Positions 25,056 through 36,204 of a stretch of 64,000 nt of DNA are shown here, one piece after another. The translations under genes were made by a program, and so were the position numbers. The stretch comes from Bryobacterales bacterium. Its GTDB lineage: Bacteria > Acidobacteriota > Terriglobia > Bryobacterales > Bryobacteraceae. The notes below the pieces were generated by a model. That model saw nothing but the letters and a program-made list of their open reading frames with translations, did no database searches and was not told where the DNA came from. Location: assembly GCA_009697455.1 (NCBI GenBank), contig SHUI01000001.1, forward strand, positions 2,679 through 66,678, written 5' to 3'. Positions within the stretch are counted from its first letter, which is position 1. Every line of letters starts with the position of its first letter.

Positions 25056-25235
25056 AACCCCGGACCGTTTGCGATAACGTCGAAGTCGCTTAGATTGAGT
25101 TCTCGCGAATGTCGCGACTTGCCGAATCTGTATTGGAAATCGACCTTACTGATTCCAGCCGCACGACATCTTGCAGTGCACAGTATTTCTATAAAATGCC
25201 TTTCCAGGGCATTTACATACATATACTATGCACAC

Positions 25236-26033
25236 ATGAAAAAGAACCTGGGAGACTTGGAGGCGCAGTTCTTCGCTTACGTGCAGATGCGCGAGCAACG
25301 AGTCGTGCGATCGGGCGACCTCGTCAAATCCGTGCTGGGTCTCACTCAGGAGCAGGAGCGCAAGCTGCTCAGCCGCCTCTCTCGGGGCGGCCTCACAGCG
25401 AGAGTGCGCCAGGGATTGTATCTCGTTCCGCCGCAACTGCCGTTGGGTGGAGCGTGGACGCCGAGTGAAGCGCTCGCGTTGAATACGTTACTGGCCGACA
25501 AGCAAGGCCGCTATCAGATTTGCGGGCCTAATGCCTTCAATCGTTACGGATTCGACGAACAGGTTCCAGTCCGCGTGTATGCCTACAACAACAAAATATC
25601 CGGGGATCGAACCATCGGAGCAGTCAGGTTGACCTTGATCAAGGTGGCCGACGAGAGGTTGGGCGACACCGAAAACGTCAAGCTGCGTGACGGGCAGATT
25701 GAAGTGTATTCATCGCGGGTACGGACGCTTGTCGACGCTGTTTATGACTGGTCGCGATTTAACGGACTGCCGCGCGCTTACGAGTGGATCCGGCGTGAGC
25801 TGAGAACGAATCGCGTGAGCGCGGCGGAACTCGTGAAGTCCACGCTGAGGTTTGGCGACACGGGAACGATCCGGCGCCTGGGAGCGCTGCTCGAACACGA
25901 ACGTGTGGATCCTGCTTTAGTTCGAAAGTTGGAAAGGAAGTTGAGGCCGACAACGAGCCTGATCCCTTTCGTACCGACCCGGCTGAAGCGAGGGACCGTC
26001 GATCGCCGCTGGGGTGTCGTATTCAATGAGTAA
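25236..26033 (+). CDS. AbiEi-family type IV TA antitoxin / transcriptional regulator
   Basis: MKKNLGDLEAQFFAYVQMREQRVVRSGDLVKSVLGLTQEQERKLLSRLSRGGLTARVRQGLYLV is an AbiEi N-terminal wHTH. It is immediately followed by AbiEii. The ORF part 24891-25235 is antisense to the DUF4160 remnant and was not included. Confidence 0.8.
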   Translation: MKKNLGDLEAQFFAYVQMREQRVVRSGDLVKSVLGLTQEQERKLLSRLSRGGLTARVRQGLYLVPPQLPLGGAWTPSEALALNTLLADKQGRYQICGPNAFNRYGFDEQVPVRVYAYNNKISGDRTIGAVRLTLIKVADERLGDTENVKLRDGQIEVYSSRVRTLVDAVYDWSRFNGLPRAYEWIRRELRTNRVSAAELVKSTLRFGDTGTIRRLGALLEHERVDPALVRKLERKLRPTTSLIPFVPTRLKRGTVDRRWGVVFNE

Positions 26034-26907
26034 GCGTGAGTCAAACGTAATCCGTTTCCATGAAGACCCGGACTTCTTCCGCATGGCTGTCAATTTTACA
26101 GCGACGGTGACTGGCTTCGGTCCACGGCTCATCGAAAAGGACTATTTCTCTACTTTGATGCTGGATCACCTCGCGACGATCGGGAATAGCCTGGTCTTCA
26201 AGGGCGGAACGAGTCTGGCCAAAGTTCACGCCGGATTCTATCGGTTGAGCGAAGATTTGGATTTCATGATTTCGCTGCCAGTTGATGCGCTGCGTCTGGA
26301 TCGGAGTAAACGTGCGAAACCCGTTAAGGACTTAGTGGCAGGTCTTGGACGAATGCTTCCCGTCTTTCGCCTGACTGACCCACTCAAGGGTCTGAATAGT
26401 TCCAGGCAGTACAACGGCGTTGTGGCGTACACGTCTCTGATAACCGGGCAGGAGGACACAATCAGGCTTGAAGTCGCCTTGCGCGAGCCGCTGCTGCAAC
26501 CGGCCCTGGCGGGGCTGGCTAACACGATCTTACTGAACCCGACCACGGAGAAGCCGCTCGTCGCACCGGTTGACACACACTGCATTTCCAAAGACGAAGC
26601 TTTCTCGGAAAAGTTCCGGGCCGCCCTGACCCGCCGCGAAGTTGCCATTCGCGATTTCTTCGACATTGATTATGCCGTGCGCCATTTGGATCTCCGGCCG
26701 CGGGACCAAAACATGATAGAGCTGGTCCGGCAGAAGCTTGCTGTCCCCGGCAATGACGCAGCCGACGTTTCCGGCGAGCGCCTGGGCACTCTTCGCCGGC
26801 AGCTCGAACCGCAGCTTAAACCGGTGCTGCGCGAAAAAGACTTTGCCGAATTCGATCTGCAGCGCGCGTTCAAGATAGTTGTCGAAATGGCCGCGCGAGT
26901 GGCCTGA
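26026..26907 (+). CDS. AbiEii/AbiGii-family nucleotidyltransferase toxin (DUF1814)
   Basis: IEKDYFSTLMLDHL...FKGGTSLAKVHAGFYRLSEDLDF are hallmark NTase motifs. The ATG overlaps the AbiEi stop. An alternative start is at 26014. Confidence 0.85.
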   Translation: MSKRESNVIRFHEDPDFFRMAVNFTATVTGFGPRLIEKDYFSTLMLDHLATIGNSLVFKGGTSLAKVHAGFYRLSEDLDFMISLPVDALRLDRSKRAKPVKDLVAGLGRMLPVFRLTDPLKGLNSSRQYNGVVAYTSLITGQEDTIRLEVALREPLLQPALAGLANTILLNPTTEKPLVAPVDTHCISKDEAFSEKFRAALTRREVAIRDFFDIDYAVRHLDLRPRDQNMIELVRQKLAVPGNDAADVSGERLGTLRRQLEPQLKPVLREKDFAEFDLQRAFKIVVEMAARVA

Positions 26908-26942
26908 TCCATCTATAATATCCGGCACTCGGAGGTCCCCCC

Positions 26943-29647
<2,705 letters not shown>

Positions 29648-29654
<7 letters not shown>

Positions 29655-29684
29655 GGGATGAATTGAGGGACGGAGACCGAATTC
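29648..29684. repeat. Family-2 repeat, left arm only
   Basis: GAATTGAGGGATGAATTGAGGGACGGAGACCGAATTC. It has the same arm, including the partial arm duplication, as 2425-2466. It overlaps the M16 stop codon, and no complementary arm follows. Confidence 0.8.
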
Positions 29685-29689
29685 ACCCC

Positions 29690-30397
29690 TCAGAAGTTCG
29701 GAACCTTGATCCGGCCTTCCCAGAGGCTCTTGTTATTTTCCTCGCAGGAGTACTCCATGATTTCCCAGTCGGGACGCAGGGTGAAGGTGCGCGTGTTCGT
29801 CCATGGCTTCGTGAACGTTTTGGGATCGTCGATCGTGACTTCATACGAAATGTGACCGCGATCGGGGCGCGAGAATCGCTGGATGACGTGCAACTGATCG
29901 CTGTGCGGATGGCCCACGGTATCGAGCCGCGTTTTGCCGTTGAAGTTGACGGTATCGATGACGAGCGTGTCGCCTTCCCAGTGACCCACCGAGTCCCCGA
30001 ACCAGGTGGCGATGCCTTTGCGGTGCTCGCGGCCGTCGATGGGAACCACGGTGAACCAGGAGTTCTGCTCGAACAGGAACGCGAAGTACGTGTCGCTCTG
30101 CATGATCTGCATCGGTTCAGGCGTGTTGACGGAGCGAGTCATGCCGAACGGCAGGCAGGCGCCGGTATAGTCCCCTTCCGCCGCGTCGTACTTCTTCCAC
30201 TCGGCTTCGCCCCATGCGGTGAAGGGAAGAGTGGCCATGCCCTTCTGGTTTGGGCCGTCTTTTGTCATGTCCGGAACGTAGGCCTTGGCCCAGACTCCGC
30301 TGAGGTCCACTTTGCCGGAGGGAGTTCGGGGCGTTGGACCCGCAGGCGGTTGGTACGCCTGAAGGACAAAGAGAACCATCATGGCAATCGTGGTCAT
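29690..30397 (-). CDS. Exported protein of unknown function, 'partner' family (paralogue A)
   Basis: The start MTTIAMMVLFVLQA was chosen (hydrophobic N-terminus). The shared family motifs are VDLSGVW, GACLPFG, GDSVGHWEGDTLVIDT and DDPKTFTKPW. It lies downstream of a DUF6152-like gene. Confidence 0.7.
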   Translation of the reverse strand: MTTIAMMVLFVLQAYQPPAGPTPRTPSGKVDLSGVWAKAYVPDMTKDGPNQKGMATLPFTAWGEAEWKKYDAAEGDYTGACLPFGMTRSVNTPEPMQIMQSDTYFAFLFEQNSWFTVVPIDGREHRKGIATWFGDSVGHWEGDTLVIDTVNFNGKTRLDTVGHPHSDQLHVIQRFSRPDRGHISYEVTIDDPKTFTKPWTNTRTFTLRPDWEIMEYSCEENNKSLWEGRIKVPNF

Positions 30398-30408
30398 GGC
30401 GTCACCTC

Positions 30409-30786
30409 TTATTGACGGGCGGGCGGGGCGTCGCCGGCGGAGGTCCCGGCGAAGACGCTCCGGCCATCCGGAAGTTTTACGGAGCGGGCGTTGCAGGTTT
30501 TCGATCCGTCTTTGGCCAGATAGCCGTCGATCGTAACCTGGTCGCCCGGCTTCAGGGAGTCTTTGGTCCAGCCGTTGCGCGTCAGGGTATTGGGAGCACC
30601 GCCTTCGCACTGCCACCGCTGCACGTTGCCCTGGCCGTCCTTGACGTCGAGGTAAACCCAGATGTGTGGATTCGCCCACTCCATCCTGGTGACGGAGCCT
30701 TTCAGCAGCACGGTCTTACTCTGGTCGAATTCGGCTGCGAAAGAGTGATGTACGAATGCCGCAATCACGAATAACGCCGTAATCAT
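30409..30786 (-). CDS. DUF6152-like small exported protein
   Basis: MITALFVIAAFVHHSFAAEFDQSKTVLLKGSVTRMEWANPHIWVYLDV...PGDQVTIDGYLAKDGS matches my memory of DUF6152 (AHHSFAMFD...WxNPH). The SD AGGAGG lies upstream. Confidence 0.7.
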   Translation of the reverse strand: MITALFVIAAFVHHSFAAEFDQSKTVLLKGSVTRMEWANPHIWVYLDVKDGQGNVQRWQCEGGAPNTLTRNGWTKDSLKPGDQVTIDGYLAKDGSKTCNARSVKLPDGRSVFAGTSAGDAPPARQ

Positions 30787-30809
30787 TGGAGCCTTCCTCC
30801 TGATTCATA

Positions 30810-30840
30810 CTGTAGCGGCGGTCATAGAGCGCCGCTACAG
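30810..30840. promoter_or_regulatory. 11-bp-stem palindrome in the 5' region of the DUF6152 operon
   Basis: CTGTAGCGGCG-GTCATAGAG-CGCCGCTACAG lies 24 nt upstream of the 30786 start. A related sequence is at 44274-44300, upstream of another paralogous operon. Confidence 0.4.
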
Positions 30841-30900
30841 TGGGGTGCTAGTTTGATCGCGTCAGCTTCCCGCAGTCAAGCATCCGCAGCTTCTGGTAGT

Positions 30901-31092
30901 GTATTCCCCTCCTCAAAGAGGAGGGGTGGCTGCGCATCAAGAGAATGCTGCGAAGCTTCCTGTGAAAGCGCAGACGGGGTGGTCCGTCTCGAAAACGATC
31001 CGAAAATGACCACCCCGTCCGCGCCTTTCAATGTATGCCTTCAGCAATATTTCCTGAGGGCGCGTCCACCCCTCCTGTTCCAGGAGGGGAAC
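30901..31092. repeat. Family-1 nested-palindrome element, copy F
   Basis: TATTCCCCTCCTCAAAGAGGAGGGGTGGCTGCGC...GCGCAGACGGGGTGGTC...GACCACCCCGTCCGCGC...CCACCCCTCCTGTTCCAGGAGGGGAACA. Variant right arm. Confidence 0.9.
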
Positions 31093-31181
31093 ACCACTAC
31101 CCAGCTTCTACGGCTTGCTCTGCAGGAGACGGAAGGTGCATAGTCTCCACGTGCGAACCCGTCGCACATAAGGAGGCCAAA

Positions 31182-32210
31182 GTGAAGCGCCTGTTTTTTG
31201 CCGTGGTTATGGCTGCAGCTTTAGGAATCGTCATGTTTGGCGCCCAGAACCAGAACGCCCCACCGGCGCCGGCCGGGGCGACGCAGTTCCCACTGGCCGC
31301 TCCTGCCGGCAAGGACAGCAATGCCAGGCAGGTTCCGCCGTCCGGCGCCGTCAATCAGGGTCCGTTCGACCCTTCCACGTGGAAGTACGGGCCTGCGTTC
31401 AACGCGCCGGCGGGCGCAAAGATTTGGAATCCGGTGAAGCTGAAGATGATGCAGGGGGGCAAGGTGACCGGCGGCACGCTCTTCAGCTCGACCGATCCGG
31501 CCACCTATTGCGCCATGGCCAATGCCGGGTACGACTTCATCTGGACGGAGATGCAGCATGATGCGCGCGATTGGGAGGCGCTTGCGCGCATGTGGCGCAC
31601 TTGTCCTAATGCCAAAGCCGTGCCGGGTGTGCGCATCGCGTACACCGATGAGCGCGAGATCCAGCATGCCGCCGATGCCGGCGCGCTGGTCATTGTCGTG
31701 CCGACCGTGGATACGGCCGCTGAGGCGATCGCCGCGCGCGACTGGGTTTACTTCCCTCCGCTCGGGCGGCGCAGCGCCGGCGGCGGCCAGGCCTTCGACG
31801 CCAATATGTGGGGTGGCGTCCCCGGTGGTTATCGCAGCACGATCAACGACAACATTGTCCTGATTCTGATGATCGAGACGCTTGATGGCCTGAAGAACGC
31901 TGACGAGATCGCGAAGGTCCCCGGCGTGACCGCCATCTTCGCGGCGAGCGGAGACCTGGGCAACTTCTCGGGCTACGCGCAGGGCTCGCCAGACTACGAG
32001 CGGGCGATCAACATTGTGCATGACGCCGCAATCAAGGCGGGTAAGCGGTTGTGCGGTCCTTTCGCGTGGCGCGACCGGCCGGACTTCACGTGCTTCCAGA
32101 ATGGGAGCGAGACGGCAGCGATCGCCCGCGGCGTGGCAGCCGAACTCGGCCCGCTGGCCAATACGCAGGCTAAACCTGAGGTTGGACCGTTCGCTGCCCC
32201 GAAGCCTTGA
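31182..32210 (+). CDS. HpcH/HpaI aldolase/citrate-lyase-family protein with N-terminal signal/anchor
   Basis: GTG start with the SD AGGAGG 5 nt upstream. VKRLFFAVVMAAALGIVMFG is hydrophobic. The core reads GYDFIWTEMQHD...VVPTVDTAAEA...ILMIETLDGLKNADEIAKVPGVTAIFAASGDL. Confidence 0.8.
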   Translation: MKRLFFAVVMAAALGIVMFGAQNQNAPPAPAGATQFPLAAPAGKDSNARQVPPSGAVNQGPFDPSTWKYGPAFNAPAGAKIWNPVKLKMMQGGKVTGGTLFSSTDPATYCAMANAGYDFIWTEMQHDARDWEALARMWRTCPNAKAVPGVRIAYTDEREIQHAADAGALVIVVPTVDTAAEAIAARDWVYFPPLGRRSAGGGQAFDANMWGGVPGGYRSTINDNIVLILMIETLDGLKNADEIAKVPGVTAIFAASGDLGNFSGYAQGSPDYERAINIVHDAAIKAGKRLCGPFAWRDRPDFTCFQNGSETAAIARGVAAELGPLANTQAKPEVGPFAAPKP

Positions 32211-32219
32211 GGGCGAAAA

Positions 32220-32240
32220 CCCTCTCCCAGAGGGCTTTTT
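32220..32240 (+). terminator. Candidate intrinsic terminator of the aldolase gene
   Basis: CCCTCT-CCC-AGAGGG followed by CTTTTT, 10 nt after the stop codon. The stem is short. Confidence 0.45.
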
Positions 32241-32300
32241 GTGCAAAGCCAAACCGGGTAGTGGGCTACTTTCAATTTCAGCAACCAGGCAAACAATAAA

Positions 32301-32405
32301 TCCCTCTCCCCCTGGGAGAGGGTTGGGTGAGGGTCGAAATCCTCCCGCCAATTCGACCCTCACCCGACGCTTCGCGTCGGCCTCTCCCAGAGGGAGAGGC
32401 GTTTT
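32301..32405. repeat. Cluster of four consecutive GC-rich hairpins (REP-like, 'PLPxGERG'-type sequence)
   Basis: The four hairpins are TCCCTCTCCCCCTGGGAGAGGG, GGGTGAGGGTCGAA...TTCGACCCTCACCC, GACGCTTCGCGTC and GGCCTCTCCCAGAGGGAGAGGC. They resemble a repeat type seen in many bacterial genomes. Confidence 0.6.
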
Positions 32406-32457
32406 GGGCCCACCATTCCGCAGCGGTCTTAACATCTGGTAAGGTAGTGGCCGAATT

Positions 32458-34626
32458 ATGAGTAAGTCACTACTTGCATTCCTCTTACTGTTAGTGAGTG
32501 TCAGCGCACAACCCGCGATGGCACAGGGTAACGACGGGCCTACCGAAAAGTATCGTTACCGGGCCACACGTGTGGACACTCCGCCCACGGTGGACGGCGA
32601 CCTCTCCGATCCGGCCTGGGAGAAGGCGGACGTCATCGACCAGCTGATTCAGCAGGAACCCAACGTTGGCGCGCCGTCCACGGAGAAGACGGAGATCCGG
32701 CTGGTCTACGACTCGGAGGCGGTCTACATCAGCGTGTATTGCTACGACTCCGACCCGAAGGGTGTGGTCCGAAACACGCTGCGTTTTCGGGATGACTCGG
32801 TCTGGTCGAAGGACGATGTCGTGCGCATTGCCCTGGACACGTTTCACGATCACCGGCGAGCTTTCATATTCTCCATAAATCCGCTTGGGACCAAGCAGGA
32901 TACGCAGACCGACAACAACGTGTGGAATCCAAGCTGGGATGAAGTGTGGGACGTCCGAACCCGCGTGATGGACAACGGCTGGAGCATCGAGTTGCGTCTG
33001 CCGTTTCGCATTCTGCGGTTTCCTGCCGATGGCGGTGGCACCTGGGGTTTCAATGTCATCCGGCAGATCAAACGGAAGAACGAATCCGCCAGCTGGGCGC
33101 CATTCCCCGCCAGTTTTTCCATGACGCGGGCGGAGTTTTACGGCCACATTGACGGAATCACCGGAATCGAATCGCACCGCAACGTGCAGGTCGTTCCGTA
33201 CGGATTGCTCGGAGCGGCGCGATCGAACGGAACCGCCGGCACAGACTCCTCGCTCGAAGGAGGAGGGGACTTGAAACTGTCCGTTGGCTCGTCTCTCTCC
33301 CTCGACCTGACGTACAACACGAACTTCGCCCAGGTGGAGGCGGACGACCAGCAGATCAACCTCACGCGCTTTTCGCTGTTCTTCCCGGAAAAGCGCGAGT
33401 TCTTTCTGGAGAACGCGGCGCTCTTCAATTTCGGGATCGTCCAGGACACGCAGCTTTTCTTCAGCCGCCGCATCGGGCTGGTCGGCGGGCAACCCGTGCC
33501 GATCGTGGGCGGGGCACGTCTGACGGGGAAGGCCGGAGGTTTCGACCTCGGGCTGCTCACCACGCAGACGGAACGCAGTCCAGGAGCGCCCAGCACGAAT
33601 CTGAGCACGGCGCGCATCCGCCGGAACTTCGGGCAGCGGTCCTATGTTGGTGGGATCGTGACCGATACCTATTCCAAAACGCAGGCCAACCGTGCATTCG
33701 GAATGGACTCCCTTTATTGGCTGGGAAGAAATCTTCGTTCGGATGCGTTCGTGGCCGTTGTCGACGATCGAAAAATTCCGGGCCGGCCGGTCTCCTTCTC
33801 CGGCGCGTTGGCCTACAACCAGGACCTGTGGGAGGCGGGCATCCGCACGCTTTCGGTGGAGGAGGGCTTCGATCCCGCGATGGGATATGTGCGCCGCGAC
33901 GACATTCGGCGGCACACGGCGAACCTGCGAAGAAGCTGGCGATTAAATCGCGAATGGTCGCGCAAGCTGAATTTCTCTTCGAACCTGACTTACCTGACGA
34001 ACCAGGACAATCTGCTGGATACGCGTCAGTGGGTGTTTGAAGCGAACGATGAACTGAACACCGGGGACACGATTCGTTTCCAGGCATCGCGCAACTTCGA
34101 GCGCATTCTCGCGACCGATGATCCGTTCGTGCTCAATCCGCGGAAGTATATCGTCGTTCCGCCCGGAGACTACGGCTTCAACCGGTGGACGGTGGAATAC
34201 CAGAGTTTCGATGGCCGCGCGATCGTGCCGGGAGTCAAGCTCGAGCGGGGAGAGTTCTACGGAGGAAATCGCACCAGCGTGGCCCTTTCGGGAATCTGGC
34301 GGCCGTCGCCACACCTGGTGCTTCAGGGAGACTACGAGTACAACGATATTTCGCTGCCGCAGGGAGCCTTCGCTGCGCATCTGTGGCGGACGCGGTTTAC
34401 GGTGCCGATCACGGCGCGGGCCTCCGTGGATGCGTTCTTCCAGCTGAACGGCCTGAACCAGCAGGGCGATCCGGAGCTGAATACACAGATTCGGTTGCAT
34501 CTCATCTTCGCGCGCGACAGCAACCTCTACATTGTGTTTTCCGACCAGCGGCGCGATCGCGGCGCGGGCGTGACCGCGCTGGATCAAGCGGTCCAGATGA
34601 AGATGACGTACCGGTTGTACTGGTAA
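32458..34626 (+). CDS. DUF5916 / CBM9-like domain protein (probable outer-membrane or secreted)
   Basis: 722 aa with a signal peptide. Motifs are VDGDLSDPAWEKADVIDQLIQQEP, YDSEAVYISVYCYDSDP, DTFHDHRRAFIFSINPLG and WSIELRLPFRILRF. Confidence 0.75.
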   Translation: MSKSLLAFLLLLVSVSAQPAMAQGNDGPTEKYRYRATRVDTPPTVDGDLSDPAWEKADVIDQLIQQEPNVGAPSTEKTEIRLVYDSEAVYISVYCYDSDPKGVVRNTLRFRDDSVWSKDDVVRIALDTFHDHRRAFIFSINPLGTKQDTQTDNNVWNPSWDEVWDVRTRVMDNGWSIELRLPFRILRFPADGGGTWGFNVIRQIKRKNESASWAPFPASFSMTRAEFYGHIDGITGIESHRNVQVVPYGLLGAARSNGTAGTDSSLEGGGDLKLSVGSSLSLDLTYNTNFAQVEADDQQINLTRFSLFFPEKREFFLENAALFNFGIVQDTQLFFSRRIGLVGGQPVPIVGGARLTGKAGGFDLGLLTTQTERSPGAPSTNLSTARIRRNFGQRSYVGGIVTDTYSKTQANRAFGMDSLYWLGRNLRSDAFVAVVDDRKIPGRPVSFSGALAYNQDLWEAGIRTLSVEEGFDPAMGYVRRDDIRRHTANLRRSWRLNREWSRKLNFSSNLTYLTNQDNLLDTRQWVFEANDELNTGDTIRFQASRNFERILATDDPFVLNPRKYIVVPPGDYGFNRWTVEYQSFDGRAIVPGVKLERGEFYGGNRTSVALSGIWRPSPHLVLQGDYEYNDISLPQGAFAAHLWRTRFTVPITARASVDAFFQLNGLNQQGDPELNTQIRLHLIFARDSNLYIVFSDQRRDRGAGVTALDQAVQMKMTYRLYW

Positions 34627-34650
34627 CCGAACGCGGGCTACAGGGCAACG

Positions 34651-34812
34651 TATTCCCCTCCTGGAACAGGAAGGGTGGCTGCGCATCAAGAAGATGGTGC
34701 GGAGCGACCTTTGAAAGCGCAGACGGGGTGGTCCGTCCTGAATGACCACCCTGTCCGCGCCTTTTCTAACGTTTGATGGCGTGGCCACCCCTCCTTTCCA
34801 AGGAGGGGAATA
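34651..34812. repeat. Family-1 nested-palindrome element, copy G (short-loop, TTTCTAACG right-arm variant)
   Basis: TATTCCCCTCCTGGAACAGGAAGGGTGGCTGCGC...GCGCAGACGGGGTGGTCCGTCCTGAATGACCACCCTGTCCGCGC...CCACCCCTCCTTTCCAAGGAGGGGAATA. Confidence 0.9.
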
Positions 34813-34898
34813 CCTTTTGGCAACACGCCTAAAGGGCGCGTTTGCCTTGACCTGAATTCCGACCTGACATACCTTTCACGATCTGGAGGATAAGACGA

Positions 34899-36107
34899 AT
34901 GAGAAGACTGCTTGCCGTTACGTGTCTCGTTTTGCTTTGGAGCTTGAATCTTACGGCCCAGGATCTTGTGATCACCAACGCGCACATCATTGATGGCAAC
35001 GGCGGGGTGATCCCGCGAGGTACCGTCGTCGTGCGGAACGGGCGGATCGCGTCCGTTGCTCCCGGCGCGACAGCCGCGCCGGGCTTGATGGTGATCGACG
35101 CGAAGGGCATGACCGTCATGCCGGGGTTGATCGATGCGCACCGTCACATCATTCAGGGAAACGCGGACCAGTGGATGAAAGACCAGGCCGCGAAAAAGAT
35201 GCAGGACTTTCTCGATGCCGGGTTCACGACGATATTGTCGGCCGGGGATGCTCTGAACCCGATCCTGGAACTTCGGAGAAAGCTCGCGTCGGGTGAAATC
35301 AAAGGGCCGCGGCTCATCGCTGCCGGCCGCGTCGAGACGACCGTGACGCCGGAGGCGGCAAGGGCGAGTGTGCGGATGATGAAGGCTGCCGGTGTGGATG
35401 TCATCAAGAGCAGGCTGGAACTCGCGCCGGACTTCAAGGAACGCACGCCGGCGGACAAAGCGAAGGTAAAGGAAACGATGGCGGCGATCGCGGACGAGGC
35501 CCGGAAGGCAGGGATACCGACGATCGTCCATGCGTCGACCGTGCCGGATATGCTGGCGTGCGTTGAGGCGCGCGTCACGCGGCTCGTCCATACGCCGCAT
35601 GGGAGCTGGCTGTCTCCGGAAGATGCGAAAATTGTGGCGCAGTCCGGAATTCCAGTGACGTCGACCATCAGCTTCGGCGTTCCCGCATTTGGCGTATTTG
35701 GAGATCGTAGCGATAACGCGCCCCGCTTCCGCGATGGAAAGCCCTGGCCCGCGGGCGTCCCCGGCGGGACGGGCCGCGCGGCGGGGGAGAAGGCCGTGAA
35801 TGGGCGGACGCTATTTGATGCAGGTGTCCTCTATGGCTACGGGACGGACACGGGTTTTCTGCCGGCGGACTCGCTCGCCCATGAACTGCGTCCGCTCTAC
35901 CTCGTGTTCTCGGCGAAGGACATCATCACGATCATGACGAAGAACACGGCGGCGTGGCTGGATATGAGCAAGGATATTGGCACTCTTGAGGCGGGGAAGC
36001 AGGCGGATATCGTCATCATCGACGGTGATCCGCTGAATCAGATCTTCGACCTGTTGAAAGTGAAGACGGTAATCCAGAAGGGGAAAGTCGTCGTCGATAA
36101 GAAGTAA
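34899..36107 (+). CDS. Exported amidohydrolase-superfamily metallohydrolase
   Basis: 402 aa with a signal peptide. It has the MPGLIDAHRHI (HxH) metal motif and overall imidazolonepropionase/prolidase-like architecture. Confidence 0.85.
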   Translation: MRRLLAVTCLVLLWSLNLTAQDLVITNAHIIDGNGGVIPRGTVVVRNGRIASVAPGATAAPGLMVIDAKGMTVMPGLIDAHRHIIQGNADQWMKDQAAKKMQDFLDAGFTTILSAGDALNPILELRRKLASGEIKGPRLIAAGRVETTVTPEAARASVRMMKAAGVDVIKSRLELAPDFKERTPADKAKVKETMAAIADEARKAGIPTIVHASTVPDMLACVEARVTRLVHTPHGSWLSPEDAKIVAQSGIPVTSTISFGVPAFGVFGDRSDNAPRFRDGKPWPAGVPGGTGRAAGEKAVNGRTLFDAGVLYGYGTDTGFLPADSLAHELRPLYLVFSAKDIITIMTKNTAAWLDMSKDIGTLEAGKQADIVIIDGDPLNQIFDLLKVKTVIQKGKVVVDKK

Positions 36108-36123
36108 CTTGGAAGAGTGTTGG

Positions 36124-36200
36124 TATTCCCCTCCTGGGACAGGAGGGGTGGCTACGCAGAAAGCGCAGACGGGGTGGTCATTCGAGACGGCCCGCCCCGT
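36124..36200. repeat. Family-1 element, copy H (truncated: left hairpin plus degenerate core)
   Basis: TATTCCCCTCCTGGGACAGGAGGGGTGGCTACGCAG-AAAGCGCAGACGGGGTGGTCATTCGAGACGGCCCGCCCCGT. The internal left-arm segment and the whole right half are missing. Confidence 0.75.
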
Positions 36201-36204
36201 AAAC

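Noticed and set aside
24891-25235. N-terminal 115 residues of ORF 24891-26033
   Set aside because: This part is the antisense of the DUF4160 remnant. The AbiEi wHTH begins at the internal ATG 25236.
30398-30679. Upstream extensions of ORFs 29690-30679, 36205-37482 and 44322-44819
   Set aside because: The extensions overlap the neighbouring upstream gene or the tRNA and are Arg/Pro-rich. Internal starts give proper signal peptides.
31221-33915. Minus-strand ORFs 31221-32435 (404 aa) and 32491-33915 (474 aa)
   Set aside because: They are antisense to the aldolase and DUF5916 genes. Their translations are Arg-rich and low-complexity.
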